In this document: positions 25,590 to 40,466 of the stretch, piece after piece | How the letters are laid out: each line of letters begins with the position of its first letter | How positions within the stretch are numbered: position 1 is the first letter of the stretch | From: Hydrurus foetidus | Taxonomy: Eukaryota | Reading direction: 5' to 3' | NCBI GenBank assembly: GCA_900617105.1 | Contig: UYFQ01000129.1 | Span: 1-62,334 of the forward strand | DNA length: 62,334 bases | Made by a program: the position numbers and the translations under genes | The notes under the pieces: generated by a model | The model's database searches: none | Seen by the model: the letters and a program-made list of their open reading frames with translations, nothing else | What the model was told of the DNA's origin: nothing

Positions 25590-26939
25590 TGTGAGATGTG
25601 CTGTGTTTTTCTATAGGGGAAACGGTTAGAGTTAGTGCTCTAGTGGCGGTAGATGTGACCGTTACAGGGTGGATATTAGTCTCTCATATCCGGGTAAGGA
25701 TGGAGGGTAGAAAAGAGTCCTAGAACAGGGAGGAAATAGTACAGCACAGTTTAGTACAGTACAGTACGAGACAGTAAATTGCGGTGCAGTATAGTATACC
25801 TATAGTATAGTGCGATCATCTTCAGACTCCCGATAGGAACTAGATCCCCACGCACACATACACACACGCACACACACACGCACACGCACACACACACAAA
25901 AATAGCATACAAGTGAATCTATTGGACATACATGCTGGACGTCTGATTTAGTGGGTCGTCTAAGACCTTTGTACATAATATATTAAATCTGAGCAGCTGA
26001 GAACATTGAAACAATTTTGAGTTTTGTATTCTTTAGAGCGTCAATACAAGGATGCACATTTGTCTATCTCTCTATCGGATGCGCCACTTATAAACAGTGT
26101 CTGCGGCTAGTGATATCGATACCTTGCATCAATATCTGACCGCACCCGGCAGTCAGTAGAGAATGGAATGGATGGCCGATTGTACGGTCTAGTTCACTTA
26201 CTACTGAACATACGGATAACTGTCCGCCTGTATATGACTGCAAGATCAGTGATGGGTAGTAGTACAGCACGCTAGAGTACGTTACAGAGCTATATTGATT
26301 GACTGTTAGAGAATATTTCACTTGATTCTCACGAGGTCTAAACCGACATTTCATTTTCTCGGGAGAGAGAATTCAGCCTCGTGAATGAGCCTCTTCACTT
26401 CACCCCTCGCCCTCAGCCCAATATAGTCCCTGTGTAGCCCGAAAGTGCGAACGGGCTGGGTCGCTGGTCTGGATAACTTTTGGGTATCTTCTCAGAGTAA
26501 AATCATGCATGCGACCAGCACAGCGGAACGTAATGCACAGTCTGTATGCCGTGTCCGTGTGTGCCTGCACGTCATCTGGGACATCTATGTGATGACCTTT
26601 GAATTTTCGACTTGCATTGTGCTGGGTATTACCGGAACAGAATATAATGTCCGAGAATGCACACTAATCAGAGGTGGAAATGAAATCGTGGTTTGATTTC
26701 CACAGCGCTCAAACATGTTTTCAGTCTGTGTTTTGGGCATTTTATTCTGTCTCGGTAACTCCGTTTGTCGCAGGTAAGAATTCTCCATAGCTTTTAGTTA
26801 CGATACAATGCACAACATATACGCAGAACAAGATGATAAAAGCACTATACAGCGGGCAGTAAGTCAAGATGAATGTGTTCGTGACTCTCTCCCTATCTCT
26901 ACGTCTATCCCTATCACTACTCATCCCATCCCCTCCTAT

Positions 26940-29900
26940 TCACTTCACCTCTTGGTGATTTACGATAGATGAGAGTACTTCCACATCCAATGCGGCTACA
27001 GGGCAAGTGTCAGTGTTCATGTCAGTGATTGTGATCGTATCTATCACCTCTCTCCCTGACCCTCCCCCTCCCTCTGTTACATCACTCACTGTTAAACCGA
27101 CACTCCCCTCTATCTCCTCTATTCCCTCGTTCTCTTTCTCTTCCACTATCTCTGCCTCAACTTCAGTTGTAGGCTCAGGTGTAGGCAGTACAATGGGTGT
27201 GTAGGGTATATTCCATATTTGCAGGGCACTGAGAGGAGGAGCTGGAGGTGCACTACCGCTTCCCCTCTGTCTTTTCTTTGACACACTAATTCTGCTACTA
27301 CTACTACTACTGCTACTATTACCTCTGCTGTTATTGTTAGTGCTACTATTAGAGTCCCAGTGACTGTCTCCAGTGCTGTCAGTCTGTCTACCACTGTCTA
27401 TGTCGACTATCAAGTCTCCCTCATCTTTCTCCACAGCACGCACAGCTGCACTACTCCCAATGGCTAACTCATCCTCTCTCTGAGATGGAGATAAAGTGTG
27501 GGCGATATGCACACCCATCTCTCCGTGTCCCTCTCTGTCTCCCTGTCCCTCTCTGTCAGTGTCAGTGTCATTGTCAGAGTCGCTGCTTTCTCCCACATAA
27601 GGAAAATGTCTCGCCCCTAATTGTTAAGATGTCAAGGATGCAGAAGTTATTAGAGATGGTGAGGGAGTGTGGATTAAGTGAGTGCAGAGGGTATTAGAGA
27701 TGGTGAGGGAGTGTGGATTAAGTGAGTGCAGAGGGTATTAGAGATGGTGAGGGAGTGTGGATTAAGTGAGTGCAGAGGGTATTAGAGATGGTGAGGGAGT
27801 GTGGATTAAGTGAGTGCAGAGGGTATTAGAGATGTGTGGATTAAGTGGTGCAGTGTGGATTAAGTGAGTGCAGAGATGGTGAGGGAGTGTGGATTAAGTG
27901 AGTGCAGAGTGATGGTGAGGGAGTGTGGATTAAGTGAGTGGGTGAGGGAGTGTGGATTAAGTGAGTGCAGATGAGGGAGTGTGGATTAAGTGAGTGCAGA
28001 GGGTATTAGAGATGGTGAGGGAGTGTGGATTAAGTGAGTGCAGAGGGTATTAGAGATGGTGAGGGAGTGTGGATTAAGTGAGTGCAGAGAAGAGATGGTG
28101 AGGGAGTGTGGATTAAGTGAGTGCAGAGAGGAGATGGTGAGAATAAGTAAGTGACAAGGTAGCAGAATAAGTAAGTTGAGTTACATTTATTCAAAAATGA
28201 TGCAGGGGTGCTGAAATGAGAAGTGCCGAAAGATTTGACGATGCTTTTGAAACATGTTGCAATGCAGAGATGAAGAGGAGGAATACGACACAGAAGCTCT
28301 CGAAGAGAAATTAGTATGGTAAAGAACAGTACAGTGCACTACACTACAATACAGCACAATACAGCACAGCACACACAGTAGAGTGTTGCACTGTTAAGGT
28401 GAGAGCACACCTGACGTGGAGACCAAGAGTGCGCTGTACGGATGGAACCCTACAGCATTCACACAGTCAAGCCCTTCATCCAGACAAGCAGCCAGCTCAA
28501 AGGAAGCGGTGTCGTAGACTAATATCCTTGGAAGAGAGAAGAATGAGGGGAAGGTGGCGTGAGCGAGTGATGGAGAGATTGCAGGAATGGGGTGCAATAG
28601 AGCAGTAAAATGAGAAAAAAAGAAATGAGGGAGGAAGAAGGGGCTTGAAAGAGATATACAGGAAGAGGAGAGGAAAGGAGAGGGTGGATAACGAATGCGA
28701 CTAATCAGATGAGAGCAGTAAGATTCTGCATGAAACATGCAACACGTGTGAGGCATGGAAGGAAGATGCGGTAGATGGGTAATCACTTTACTAGGGAGAA
28801 AGCATACTATAGAGCAGAATAGAGCGGTGCACTACAGTACAGTACATCACAGTACAGTACGTACTTTCCGTCCTGTGTGCCTGTTGCGAGATATTTTCCC
28901 CAGGGATCAATCGCAAATGTCATTTTCTGATTTGAGTTTAGTGCTCGATTAACTCTCCCTAATTCTGACCGGGTATGCCGTAAATCCCAGCACACTATGT
29001 CGGAGTGAGATCGGCCTCCTGCGGAATGAGCATCCAATCAGAGGATATCGCATCAAATTTATTGGATGTGATCGATACGGATTGTTGGTTGTTTCAATTA
29101 AATGTTGTAGTGGCAGTCACTAGAGTTAAGAGATGCAAGTTGAAGTAGTGAGATAGAGTGCGTGGAGATGACTCCCGTAGATGATTCAGAAATAAACGGA
29201 TTTTAAATTGAAGAGAAAAATGACGAGGTGGTGGAGAGATGAAGTGTGTTTGTGCATTGGATTTAGAGTGACAGGTATTGTCCAAATCACAACCGATCAG
29301 GAACACCACTTATTTGTCCACAAGAATGATCGCTGAGAACAACGATTGTCACTCTACATTCGTCAAATATGCTTCAAGGAAATTCTCCAAAGTGCTGTTT
29401 TGTTATGACTTCGACAAGAACACAATAACTAACCCGCCCACAACATGCACCCACACGGAGACCACTTCAGACACGTCACACCGAACTCCATATCAAGTTC
29501 CAGCACACTCTCTCGGGTATTCTCGGCATAGATAGAGACGCTGTGCGCATAGCTGCCAGCTGCGTATGCTCCTGAGTAGTCTGGGTTGAATTCCAACACA
29601 GATATTATTCCTCGTTGACCCTCTGTGTCTCTCCTGGTCTTACAGGTAGGCTTCTCCACACACGACCGTCCTATAAAGTTCGTTGAGTTTATCGAATTCA
29701 GTTCAATTCATTGAGAGTTTGTCATCAGGAATGTGTGTTCAACCAATACTACTCAGAGCTTTCCTTAACATGCGCCTACTCGGATGAGATCTCTGCTGGG
29801 TTGCAGAATATCGGTACTCTCAATATCGGTTTTGCAAAAATGGTAAACCTCTCATGCGAAATAATTTCGAATTAAAGACTAGAACACATGGATAAATGCA

Positions 29901-30446
29901 CTGACCTGGACAAGCAACATCAAATGAGCGGATCATCCTGTTTGATCCAGCATATATTTTGTCACCAGTTAAGTTGAATGAGACACAGTTGGCTGCTTCA
30001 AGTTCATCCACTGCATTGTAGCAGCTGTACGAGCATCTAATATTGCCAAGAACAGAGTCCCACAAGTGAATAGGATGATCTCGGCAAGTTGTTATGAAGC
30101 AACAAGAAGCAATCTCATTAGAGTTCATGAAAGGATACCACTGATAGTCATAGATAGATTCCCCGCATTGGATAGATGTTGATGGTGATGCTGCATCAGA
30201 TTTCCCAACGATAGAACTGGATTGATCACTTTCAGGGCAGTAGTACTTAGTTTTTGTTATCAAATCTTCGCTAATGTCCCATGATTTAAGTGCAGCGCTC
30301 TCTGTTGATGCCAGAATTTGGCGTCCATCAGGTGAAAACTTGAAAGTCTTGTAAAAGTCTACCGGTGTCGTTCGTCCTAGAGTTTTCTGAAATGCAACTT
30401 TCACGCCATCGAAATTAAGTGGACAATGAGACGATCCACAGGACAT
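26940..30446 (-). CDS. WRAP53: WRAP53/TCAB1/WDR79 WD40 protein, five exons
   Basis: KFSPDG, GESIYDYQWYPFM, RDHPIHLWD, RCSY..YNAVDEL, GQRGIIS, IVCWDLR, NSNQKMTFAID, DCVNAVGFHP..STSGERHF. Confidence 0.92.
27648..28140. repeat. ~41-bp intronic minisatellite (TATTAGAGATGGTGAGGGAGTGTGGATTAAGTGAGTGCAGAGGG-like) with internally deleted units
   Basis: Direct reading; lies in the last WRAP53 intron. Confidence 0.92.
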
Positions 30447-32074
30447 GTCTTCCTCCGATGTTTATATGACAGTTCTCATCAAATTCAATCATTGACCACA
30501 CGACCAATAGAGAATCGGATCTCCTCAGGCACGTCCCTCATGACAGACATTTGAATTTGGTCCCGTCGTCGGTGACTCCTGATGTTTGCAAAAAGCGGGT
30601 TGTAAGCTGTAAACCTGATTCGATTGTTCCAACTCTAAGCGTATCGCACACGTACGGTGGACTGCAGTACGTACCACCCAAACTGTAAGAAGAAGGAAGA
30701 AGGAGGAAGAAGGAAGAAGTCATACCTTAGAGGCCATGCATTCTGAAAATGGATTTTTAGTGGAGCGAATGTGTTTTCTGATAATCTCAGAATTTTTATT
30801 ATATGTAAGTGAGTGAAAGGCTTACTGTGTTTTTTTAGTTCTGCAGTAGCAACATCAAAATTTCAACAATACTGCTGTGTCTCCACGTCTTCTCTTGTGA
30901 TGTGGTCGTGACAGTCCTGTCGATGACAGCGTTCCAATGACAAACACAATGCTGCAGACAGTCATCTACTAGTGGCTTCACAATGACTGCAGATGAAGGT
31001 ACGTGTTCTATTGCTGATCTCATCCCATCCGATCTCATCTCATCCGATCCGATCCTCTTTAGTGCTGGACCCAACCATATAAACGACAATCCACACACTT
31101 ACTGTACCGTAATGTATGCAACGTAAACACGTGCCTTGAAATCCTATTAGAGCATGCAATGTGTGACGGAAGTGCAACGCACTGTCGCAGGAAAGTTCAG
31201 CCTCCTCTAAAATGACGAAAAGAAATGTCCCGAATGAAATACGTTTCATCAGATTACGGATGCACAGAAACTGTCGCGACAAAGAAACTCTGATAAGGAA
31301 TCATCGCTGCGACTAAGCAGGTGTAAATCTATTTGATCAGTAGAGAGAGGGACAACAAATGGAATTCATCAATGAGCATGCCGGCCAGTCGAAGAAAATC
31401 AAGTAAATCAAAGAAAAGCGAAATCTAATATGATGTCGACTAAGATGTTAGTGAGTCGCTGCTACTGGGTGATGAATCGCTTTTACATGATCGTCTAGTC
31501 TATTCTCGCACAAACAATTTTGATTTGCCGTATCAGATAGGAAACCTGCGGTGTACAACTAAAGTCGCTGGCTACGAAGTATATTGCGATAATTATTCTT
31601 TGTGAGGAGACTCCGGTATTTTACTGCATAATCCTGCCTGATTGACCGGATATTCTGTTCCAGTATCATTGTGCAGTGAGTCATTTAATACTAGAAAACG
31701 TTCAGAGCCCTGGGACAACTTACACAACAAGATAAAAAATAAAAAATGTAACATGATGAGACGATATGCACGGAGGTTGGGTCATACGTAGTGTGCATTA
31801 AGCCGTTACCAACAATAAGAGATAGTTCAAGTGAGATCAGATCAGGTTAGGTCATGCGAACTTGAGGGCCGTAAGAAGGTAGTATTATTTTTCTACATTC
31901 TCTTATGGCTCTGACCTATTCTCATTTTTCTACAGCAGGTTCTAGATAGATGTACTGATATCTCTATGTTGTACTGCGCGTAATAAACAGTACAGCCCGT
32001 ATAATGTGAGGAATAGAAGATCGGATGTGTCAAACTGTGGTACGTAGTGCTAGATGAGATGAGATGAGATTGGA

Positions 32075-34519
32075 TTAGATTAGATGGGATGAAATGAGAT
32101 GGAAATTGAATGGGATGGGAGGTGACTGAAGAGTAAAGCTGACAATGGAGTGGAGAGCGTGATGCACCCCGCACTTCACCCTAGGGCAATCGTATCCACT
32201 GACTACCTCGTCTGTCTGCGGATAACAGCTCTGGTAGGAGTGCGAGTGGGGTGGGAGTAAGGCATATGTCCCCTCCACTGTTTCTATTTTTCCTCTCAAT
32301 TTCAATTCTGCAGATCTTCTCCTTTCGAATTCATTACTTCTCCTTCATCTCTTCACGCATAATACTATCATACTCAGCCTCTACTCTTGCAGTCCTCTCA
32401 TCTCTGAGTTTGCGATCATTCCCTATCTTCAGCTGTCTCCGTATTTCATCTTTCAAACGCCTCTCTATCTCCTCGTTTCTCCTCCTCTCCACCTCAAGTG
32501 TCTGTTTTTCTCTCTGAAGTACCCTTCATTTCCAGATTCTCTCTCTGTCTCTCCTCCACTTTGACTCTCGCTACGTAGTCCTCATCTTCAGGCCTCACGA
32601 TCTTGTCTCTGATCTTTTCCTCAAATGCCCCTCCCCTCTCTTCATCCTCACATTGAGCTCTATTTTGATCTTCTCGTTTTCGTATGTCTGTCGTTCCTCA
32701 ATATCTTCTACTCTCTTCCTCTCTATCTCCACTCTCAACTTGCGTTTCCTTTCTTGAATAGGGGAAATTGAGCGACCCCCCTTAATTGGTATTTCCCCTC
32801 GTGATCTACTTTGTGTTTTCTTTCATCCTCTTTGTATGCCTCTTCTCTTTTTCTTCTTTCGTTCTCTTCTTTTATCTTTGAGTCGATTTGTCCCTTGAGG
32901 TGTCTCTCCCTTTCTTCTTGACATTTCCTCTCATTGTCGCTATAAGCTCTTTGAAACTTCATCTGTCTGGCGCATCTGTCGGTTTCATCGGCTGCTTTCT
33001 TGCCATCTGTGAGCCGCATTGTCCTGTCACTTTCAATCAGGTTTCTTCTCTTCTTCACAATAGAATTCTTCTTATTTTCCTGAAGTAAGCGTCTCTTTGA
33101 GTTGAGTTTCTTCCTTCTCTCGTTCTCAATGAAAGAAGTTCTTCCTCCATTTTCACGCATGAGTTTCTCATACTCTAATCTGGACCTCCGCTCGTTCTCC
33201 TTGTGCACTTCCTCTCTGAACTTCTTCTCCTCCTCATCTCTCTGCCTCACCACCGCTTCTCCCCTCAGTCTCCTCTCGATGTCTGCCTGCCACTTTCTCT
33301 CATCCTCTTCATTCAACTGACGGAGTGTCTCTGCTTTAGCTTTTCTGAGAATTTCACTTGCAGCTTTCTTCTCTTCAAGCAGTCTGGCGCTCTCAGCAAT
33401 CTCGGCATGGATGTTATGGATGTTACGTTCGTTCTCTATGACCTGTGTCTTACTGCTTTCAATGCGTCTCTTGCGTCCATCATCTAGCTTGATCTTCTTC
33501 TCCTCTGCTCCTCTTCTTCCCTTCTCACTTCAGCATCGAATGCGATCTTTTCTTCGGGACCTTTCCTCGCATCTTTTCCCTTTCTCTTTCTGTCCTCATC
33601 ATTCAAGTTATACTCAAACATCACTGCCCTCAGTCGAGAGCCAGTCACAAAGGGAGAAGCACTGATGACGTCAGACACAATAGCAGCGTATTTTAGATGG
33701 CAGCACAATGCGACTTGGTGCCATCAACCTCAACACCACCGGTGCAAGAGACGACACTCGATCAGGTGTTGATGAGATCCTCTTCGCTACCTGCCCCGCT
33801 AGGAGGAGAGTGCCAGGTATGAAGGGGTGGGATGATGGATTCAGGAGAGGCATTGCTGTCGGTGAGGCGGGAGTGAAGAGTGTTGCCACTGACGTGTGTA
33901 CATGGGATGCATGAACTGATAAGTTCTTAGTCTCGGGAAATGTAATGCGCTTTACGATGGACACTCTTCTAATAAGTGGTGGTGTTGTGGGAGTAGGTAC
34001 AGATGGTGCTGATATTGTCGCACGTCTTGCAAGTGATGACATACGCACATTCGCAGCCTTCGCGACAACGCCACTTGCGGTATTAAGGACGTGTGAGTGG
34101 TAGGCGTGGCAGGCGGGAGGGTGGACGATGGCACTTGAGGCAATGCGATGGAGGGTGGAGACACAATCAACTCGACTGAAGTGATTTCAATATCAGGGAC
34201 ATCAGATTGAGAGAAGCCTGTCTTAGGATCATCCACTGTATCAGCCTTAGAGTTGAATGCCATAGGGAGAGAGTTAGGAAGAGGGGTAGGGAGAGAGGCG
34301 GAGGTCCTTTTGACAAAGTGGATTCCTATCACTACAATAGACGCTGAGTCTTCGATAAAAATGCCATCATTCGCGAAATGCTGAAAACAGTACAGTGGCA
34401 CCAGTAGCTAACATGTAACCAACATCACTGCACACGAGTGGCTTCAATGCAGAGGATGGTGCTGCGTGAGGGACATTGAGGGGCGTGTTTACAGGAGTTA
34501 TCAAAGGTCCTCTAAGACA

Positions 34520-34556
<37 letters not shown>

Positions 34557-37512
34557 GGAGTGATGATTCTGAGTTCTTCAACAGTGCTAATAAACTCTAA
34601 GAACTGTTCCCTCTCCGCTGCTATAGAGTGATCCTTAGTGACGTCAGTCCCAACAGAGAGAGCAGTGAGTCCGTCATCGCAATTGCTCTCTAGTTGCTGC
34701 ACAGAGGCAGCTAGCTCCTCCTCTTTCTCTCGTGCGATTCTGTTGGCTGATTGTGAGTGGAGTACCTTCACGTTGACGTCTTTCACTTTATCCAAATATG
34801 TTCTCATCTCAATATCAGCTATCTGCTTTTTCTCACGCTCTTGTCTCATCCACTTGGTGATATCTTCTAGTGTCATCCTCTCATATCCATCAGCAGACAT
34901 CTCGGAAGTTATTCCCTTTATCTTTGTCTCATTCACACCTATGAGCGAGCATCTTCACTTTAGAGTTGCACTCCTCTGCTTCAGTCAGCACAACTGTAGA
35001 CAATGCTCTGGAGGGCCCTACTGACGATATGTCAATAGGAGTTGCTTTGCCCATCTCTATACGGGTAACAGCCGTAGGCACGGCTAACATCGGTATGTCA
35101 ACAAGCATGATCGGTTGAATAGATGATGAGTCTTTGTAGTTTGATATGTCGGAGGGTACGGCGATGTGAGGTCCTTGGGGTATAGGTGCTGTCTTGATCA
35201 CACTGCCCTCTTCGAGTTGAGATATTTTATTGGGTACCACTATGTGACTCTGCAGCATGACCTCTGGTGTAGATACTTCTACAGCAGGCGACACTAGTGT
35301 TCGCACTGACGCAATCGAAGCAGCAACAGCAACATCTGTTGTAATATCAGGTGCAGCGAAGTTGACAGTGGGTGCCCTCATCGCTAGACTATCGACAATA
35401 ATACTCGGTGCAGTGAAAGTAGACTATCGACAATAAAACTCGGTGCAGTGAAAGTTAGGGTGTATACTGTATTCGTCTTTACCGATGAACTATCGATACC
35501 GATATCGATATCAGTATCACCATCAACGTTCGGTGCGGTGACAGTCGGGATAGCGACATCGGTAGTGACCTTTAATGTTGTGATGATGTTGTGCGATGAG
35601 GCAGAAGCAGGGATGACCGCAGGAGCCAGGCGCAGACCGACTCCGCTGTACTCCTCTATAAGTGGAGGTTTGGAGCTATTAGGAGTGGTGGTGTACACAT
35701 CTACAACTGAAGGAGCGACTCTGTTCAACTAATCAGCTTGGGCTCCTACGGCCAGTACCGGTAAAGCGTGCGGAGAGGCGAAGGAAATGTCCTCAATCTG
35801 CAGTGGTCTGTTGTAGTGTGGTGAAGTGAGGTGTGGTGTGGCTAGGGGTGATGAGTGGTTAAGTGAGAGTGTGGGACAGGTCGTTAAGAACGACTATACA
35901 GAATGCAGCCGTGAACAGTGCGGTATAAATAAACAATGTGGTGTAAAGACATAAAGCTCACCGTGCTCACTAGTTGTGGTTCGGAATATAAGGGTACGAG
36001 ATCCCTCTCCTTCACCCCCGCATCACTCTCCGCCTTGGCTTGCTCCTTTTCCACTATGTTGCATCATCTTCTACTATTTCACCTCCCTAACTTCGATCAG
36101 ATCGATGGCCTTGATTGATCTCCATCATGTACCTCCGCACTGATTGTTGTCTGTTAGTTGTACAGGCGTTGGGAGCGGCAAGATTCTTTGCATCTCTTCC
36201 CCTCTTCTGCAAAGACATTTCTACAGAGTGGTGATGTTAGTAGCTGCTCGGACAATGGACATGACATAGAAGACTAGGGCAGCAACAACACACATAACGT
36301 ACAACTGGTCTGTACTTGTATATTGCCGAAGCACATTTCAAGCAACTGATACTCCTCGGCACACCGTTGTCCATACATGACTGATTGTTTCGGTACAGCC
36401 TGTAGTGGTGGAATAGACAGGTAAGTGCCTATTTGACATCGTGATAATGTGATAGTGTTGTTGGAAAGAAAAGTAGATGCATCCTCACCGGTTGTCTAGG
36501 AGTCGCTGCTGGCAGTACACTGTACCAGCGACTTGCCTTAGCAGTCATGGGCAGGGAGTAGGTGTAGCAATATCCTCTACCGACTGTGCAAGTGGAAGGA
36601 AGAAAAAAAAGAGAGGAAGGAAGGAAGGAAGGAAGGAAGGAAGGAAGGAAGGAAGGAAGGAAGGAAGGAAGGAAGGAAGGCGAAGAAGGAAGGAAGGAAG
36701 GAAGGAAGGAAGGAAGGAAGGAAGGAAGGAAGGAAGGAAGGAAGGAAGGAAGGAAGGAAGGAAGGAAGGAAGGAAGGAAGGAAGGAAGGAAGGGAGGAAG
36801 GAGGAAGGAAGGAAGGAAGGAAGGAAGGAAGGAAGGAAGGAAGGAAGGAAGGAAGGAAGGAAGGAAGGAAGGAAGGAAGGAAGGAAGGAAGGAAGGAAGG
36901 AAGGAAGGAAGGAAGGAAAGAAGGAAGGAAAGTAAGAAAAGAATGAGAGGTAAGGAGGGAAACCGTAGCAGTAAATTGAAAGAAAACGACATTATTTGAG
37001 TCGAACTTCGTGACATGACGATGCGATCATTCGATGATGTGAGGCTTGTCAAGCCGAGTCCCACGTAGACTGGCAGTTGACACACACTTAAATTGCTTTA
37101 TGCACGTTAGATTGTTGCATACGGCGGCGCACATTCCCGTATTGCATGTCGTTGAATGGAAATAAAGGTGAGGCAAAGGGCATGAAGTCCATATCTTGTC
37201 ATTTATCATATTCAACTCAGCTAAAATGAAGGGTCTGCACTGGTAACATCAGTCTGCAGATGGAATCAATGTAAGTACGCACCCAGTATTTGTGTGTGAA
37301 CAACTCGGAAGTGCACTTCATTCCCATCCCATCCCTCTCCCACGCGAGAGGTGTGAAGCATCTCTGTATGCAGTGTGTTAGATGAGTTGATATTTAAGTC
37401 GGTGTAAGTGCTGAGGAGGGTAGTAGTAGCATTGCACGTGAGAGGGATGTCGTGGAAAGATATGATATTTCTGCATGACTTTTTCTTTCAGATAAAGCGC
37501 TGAGGGAGTGTG

Positions 37513-37603
<91 letters not shown>

Positions 37604-38495
37604 TATGGGATGGGGATAACAGAGAGTGTGTGTGTGTGTCACCTCGAAAAGGACTTTTAACTTCGAATCTTTGTCCAGCTTGTCGACTCTCTCCACTACT
37701 TTCAGTTGAGAGGGAGCTTTCGTTGCCTGTTGAGGTAAAGTAAAGTAAAGTGATAATTTGAAAATTTAAGGTGTGTGAGAGTGCATATTCTGAAAGGAGA
37801 AACGACGGTAAATGTGGGAGTCTGGCATAATCGGTTGCTCCGCAACAGAGTCGGTCTTTCAGATTTTAGCGACTCTTAGATTCTTTTCGCAGCTCCTCAA
37901 TAGCTACCCAAACGTCGAAGATTGTCTCATGACAATATCTTAACCTCTACTGCAATAGAAACATACTTGAATCTGACACAATCCCATCTTCGAAGCGGAG
38001 AGCACAGACTAGGGTCAGTACTTACGTCACTATTATTGAATTTGAAGGAACTTCTGTGGAGGTTTTTTATTTTCGCAGCGACAGAAGCAATTCCTTGGCT
38101 CTAATAGGGTGAAAAAGTAGATGGGTAAGTAGATGGATTAATGGATTAGTAGATAGATGGGTGATTAGGAGGATGAGTAGACTGATGGGTACAAGACACG
38201 ATCGAAGGCGTGTCGATGTAAACGAATATTAAATTGAACTGAATTGAATTAAATTTATAATAATTAAAATAGAGGTATTAGGATAACGAACCACTGACGT
38301 CGATATGAACACCTTCGCTTGCTCAGTGGGACCGACTGCATGAGGCTCCTTTCTCTCTGAAGAGCGCATGACCGCAGAGTCCTCCACAGGCTCCTCTACA
38401 ACGACCAGCTGTGCTGCAACGTCACCCTTTACCTTGCATGGAATTGAATTACTGCGTTGGCTACCGATGCACATGACGTTACTCTCACTCTCCAA
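32075..38495 (-). pseudogene. Decayed large gene with Pro/Thr/Ala-rich and E/R/K coiled-coil regions, family unknown; may extend to ~39724
   Basis: Chain of same-strand ORFs in shifting frames with in-frame stops (e.g. TAA TGA near 32333) and a 35-bp frame-breaking tandem duplication at 35386-35455. Confidence 0.6.
36614..36931. repeat. (GAAG)n microsatellite
   Basis: Direct reading. Confidence 0.95.
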
Positions 38496-40466
38496 CCAGA
38501 ATGCAGCTAGAATGAGAAAAGCATCAAGAAGGCCATTCTACAGGAAGAAAGTATATTAAATGTCTGAATAAAGTGTTTTGTAAACAGTTCTCACTCATTT
38601 TTCGCACCACGCGGATTGAGCAGCGTGCAGTGACAGTGAATTTAAGTGCGCAAAAGACAAGAAGCCGTGTGAAAAGTGTACGAAATCGGACTTGCAAAAA
38701 CAGTCTAATGATTAGTTTGGCGTGTTACCACTTGTTTTCCTTGACCGAAGAAAAGATGTTCGGGCTTATCTATCATTTCCTTCTCATCAGTTACCAACCC
38801 TGGAGGTGCCACTACTTCTGACGCATTTCTCTGCAGTCATTATATTCAGTTGCGTTCATCAGTTATCATATCGTATGTCATCGAGGTGTGCATTTTGTCA
38901 TGTGAACAGTATTGACATTATTTGTCAACAGAATAGTGATATATCCCATGGCAAAAATCATCTTACAGTAGGTTTCACGAATGCAAAATTAGGAATGCGA
39001 TTCTTCTTCGCGACCACTTCCACATTAGCTGTCAGTGATTCCAACTCAAGTAAGGATAAAGTGTCAGATTCTGAGTCACATGTCAGACACCGTCAATGTG
39101 CAGCTAGGCCATGATTTCTAATATTCTACCACTTGAAATCATATTACTACGCAGGATGGGCAAGAATTCCATCACCCTCTCGAATGGATAAGTGCCTTGA
39201 TCGAAAACAGTGTCTAGCTCGTTGGATCTCAGTCCTTACAACATGATACATTATCAGTCCTACCTTGTGTTTGAAGAAAGTGAAACTCTTTAGTCTCTGT
39301 CCTCCGGGCTGTGCAGTTACATCTTTTACATCTGCCATTGATCTCACAATGACATCAAGATTTCTGATAATGGCTGACATATCAGGGGTATCTTATTTCT
39401 AGATTCAACTTTGTACCCGTCCTTGCTCCCGACCACTACTTCTATTTCACGATGCGACAGTGTGAAGGCGTGGAAGATCAGCAAGCTGTAGTGCTCGCGG
39501 AGGCATCTGAGCAATGACTTAGCCCTGTGCTCTGCTGCATCCCATCCGTAAAGCCTCTTTGGACGGCGATGATGCTTGTTAGCAATTGGATGCGTCTGTT
39601 GTGAAAGGCATGCTGTCACTGAAAATTCACAGCAAACGAGGGTATCGAGAATCGAGAGAGTGAATGTGCTATGGTTTTGATGGAATTTACATAAAACAGA
39701 TTCAAAAAACGAAAAACACAGCAAATTTTAAAATTCTTCCTTCTCATCAATCCAACGTGTTTGTATGATCAATGATCTGACGAGGGGGTCCACTACAGTG
39801 TACAGAGTACAGAACACAGAGCAAGGAGGATAACTACATTTAGGAGAAAGGGGAGGGGACGGTTGCGTTACTATACTCACACACGGGACCATTTGATGTT
39901 AACTACTATGGAGAAAAGAAATCCATGTATTTGAAGCTGTGACGCATGGACAGAATTAGACACATGCTACCACACGATGATGACACTAAATTGCATGGTA
40001 ACAGATCAAGGCAACAGAAAACATATAGATATTTACCTCTCTAACCGTATAAGAGCGGAAAAGGGGACACCTCTGATTGTCTGTGATTCCCACTGGTAGC
40101 GACTGCAGGTTATCGATGACACCGTACTGTACCGCTGACCGATGGAATGTTACGAGTAATCCGTACATCTGCCTTATGCTGTGCTCTTGGATCACCCTTC
40201 CGCCTTTCCTGGCCAGTGCTCCGCCCTCCCCCGCTTCCAGGAAGGGTGATCCAACACTACAGTGCACCCGCTCAATGAGACGCTTATCACTGTGTGAAGG
40301 TGATTCTGTGACTTCACTGCCTGACTAGCACACCAATGATGTGTTGCGGGATGGATGTCCCCATATCACCAATTATGGAGTCTAAGCACCAAGCATTTAG
40401 TGTTTACAAGATCGCTGATTATTTCTATCCCACACAGACGGCTGATATCTCCTTCACCTTTCCAGC

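Noticed and set aside
27648..28140. Telomere-like array inside a telomerase cofactor gene
   Set aside because: The unit is a ~41-bp minisatellite without TTAGGG or TTTAGGG runs; its location in WRAP53 is probably coincidental.
36429..37085. PSFL / RKEG repeat ORFs
   Set aside because: Translations of the (GAAG)n microsatellite.
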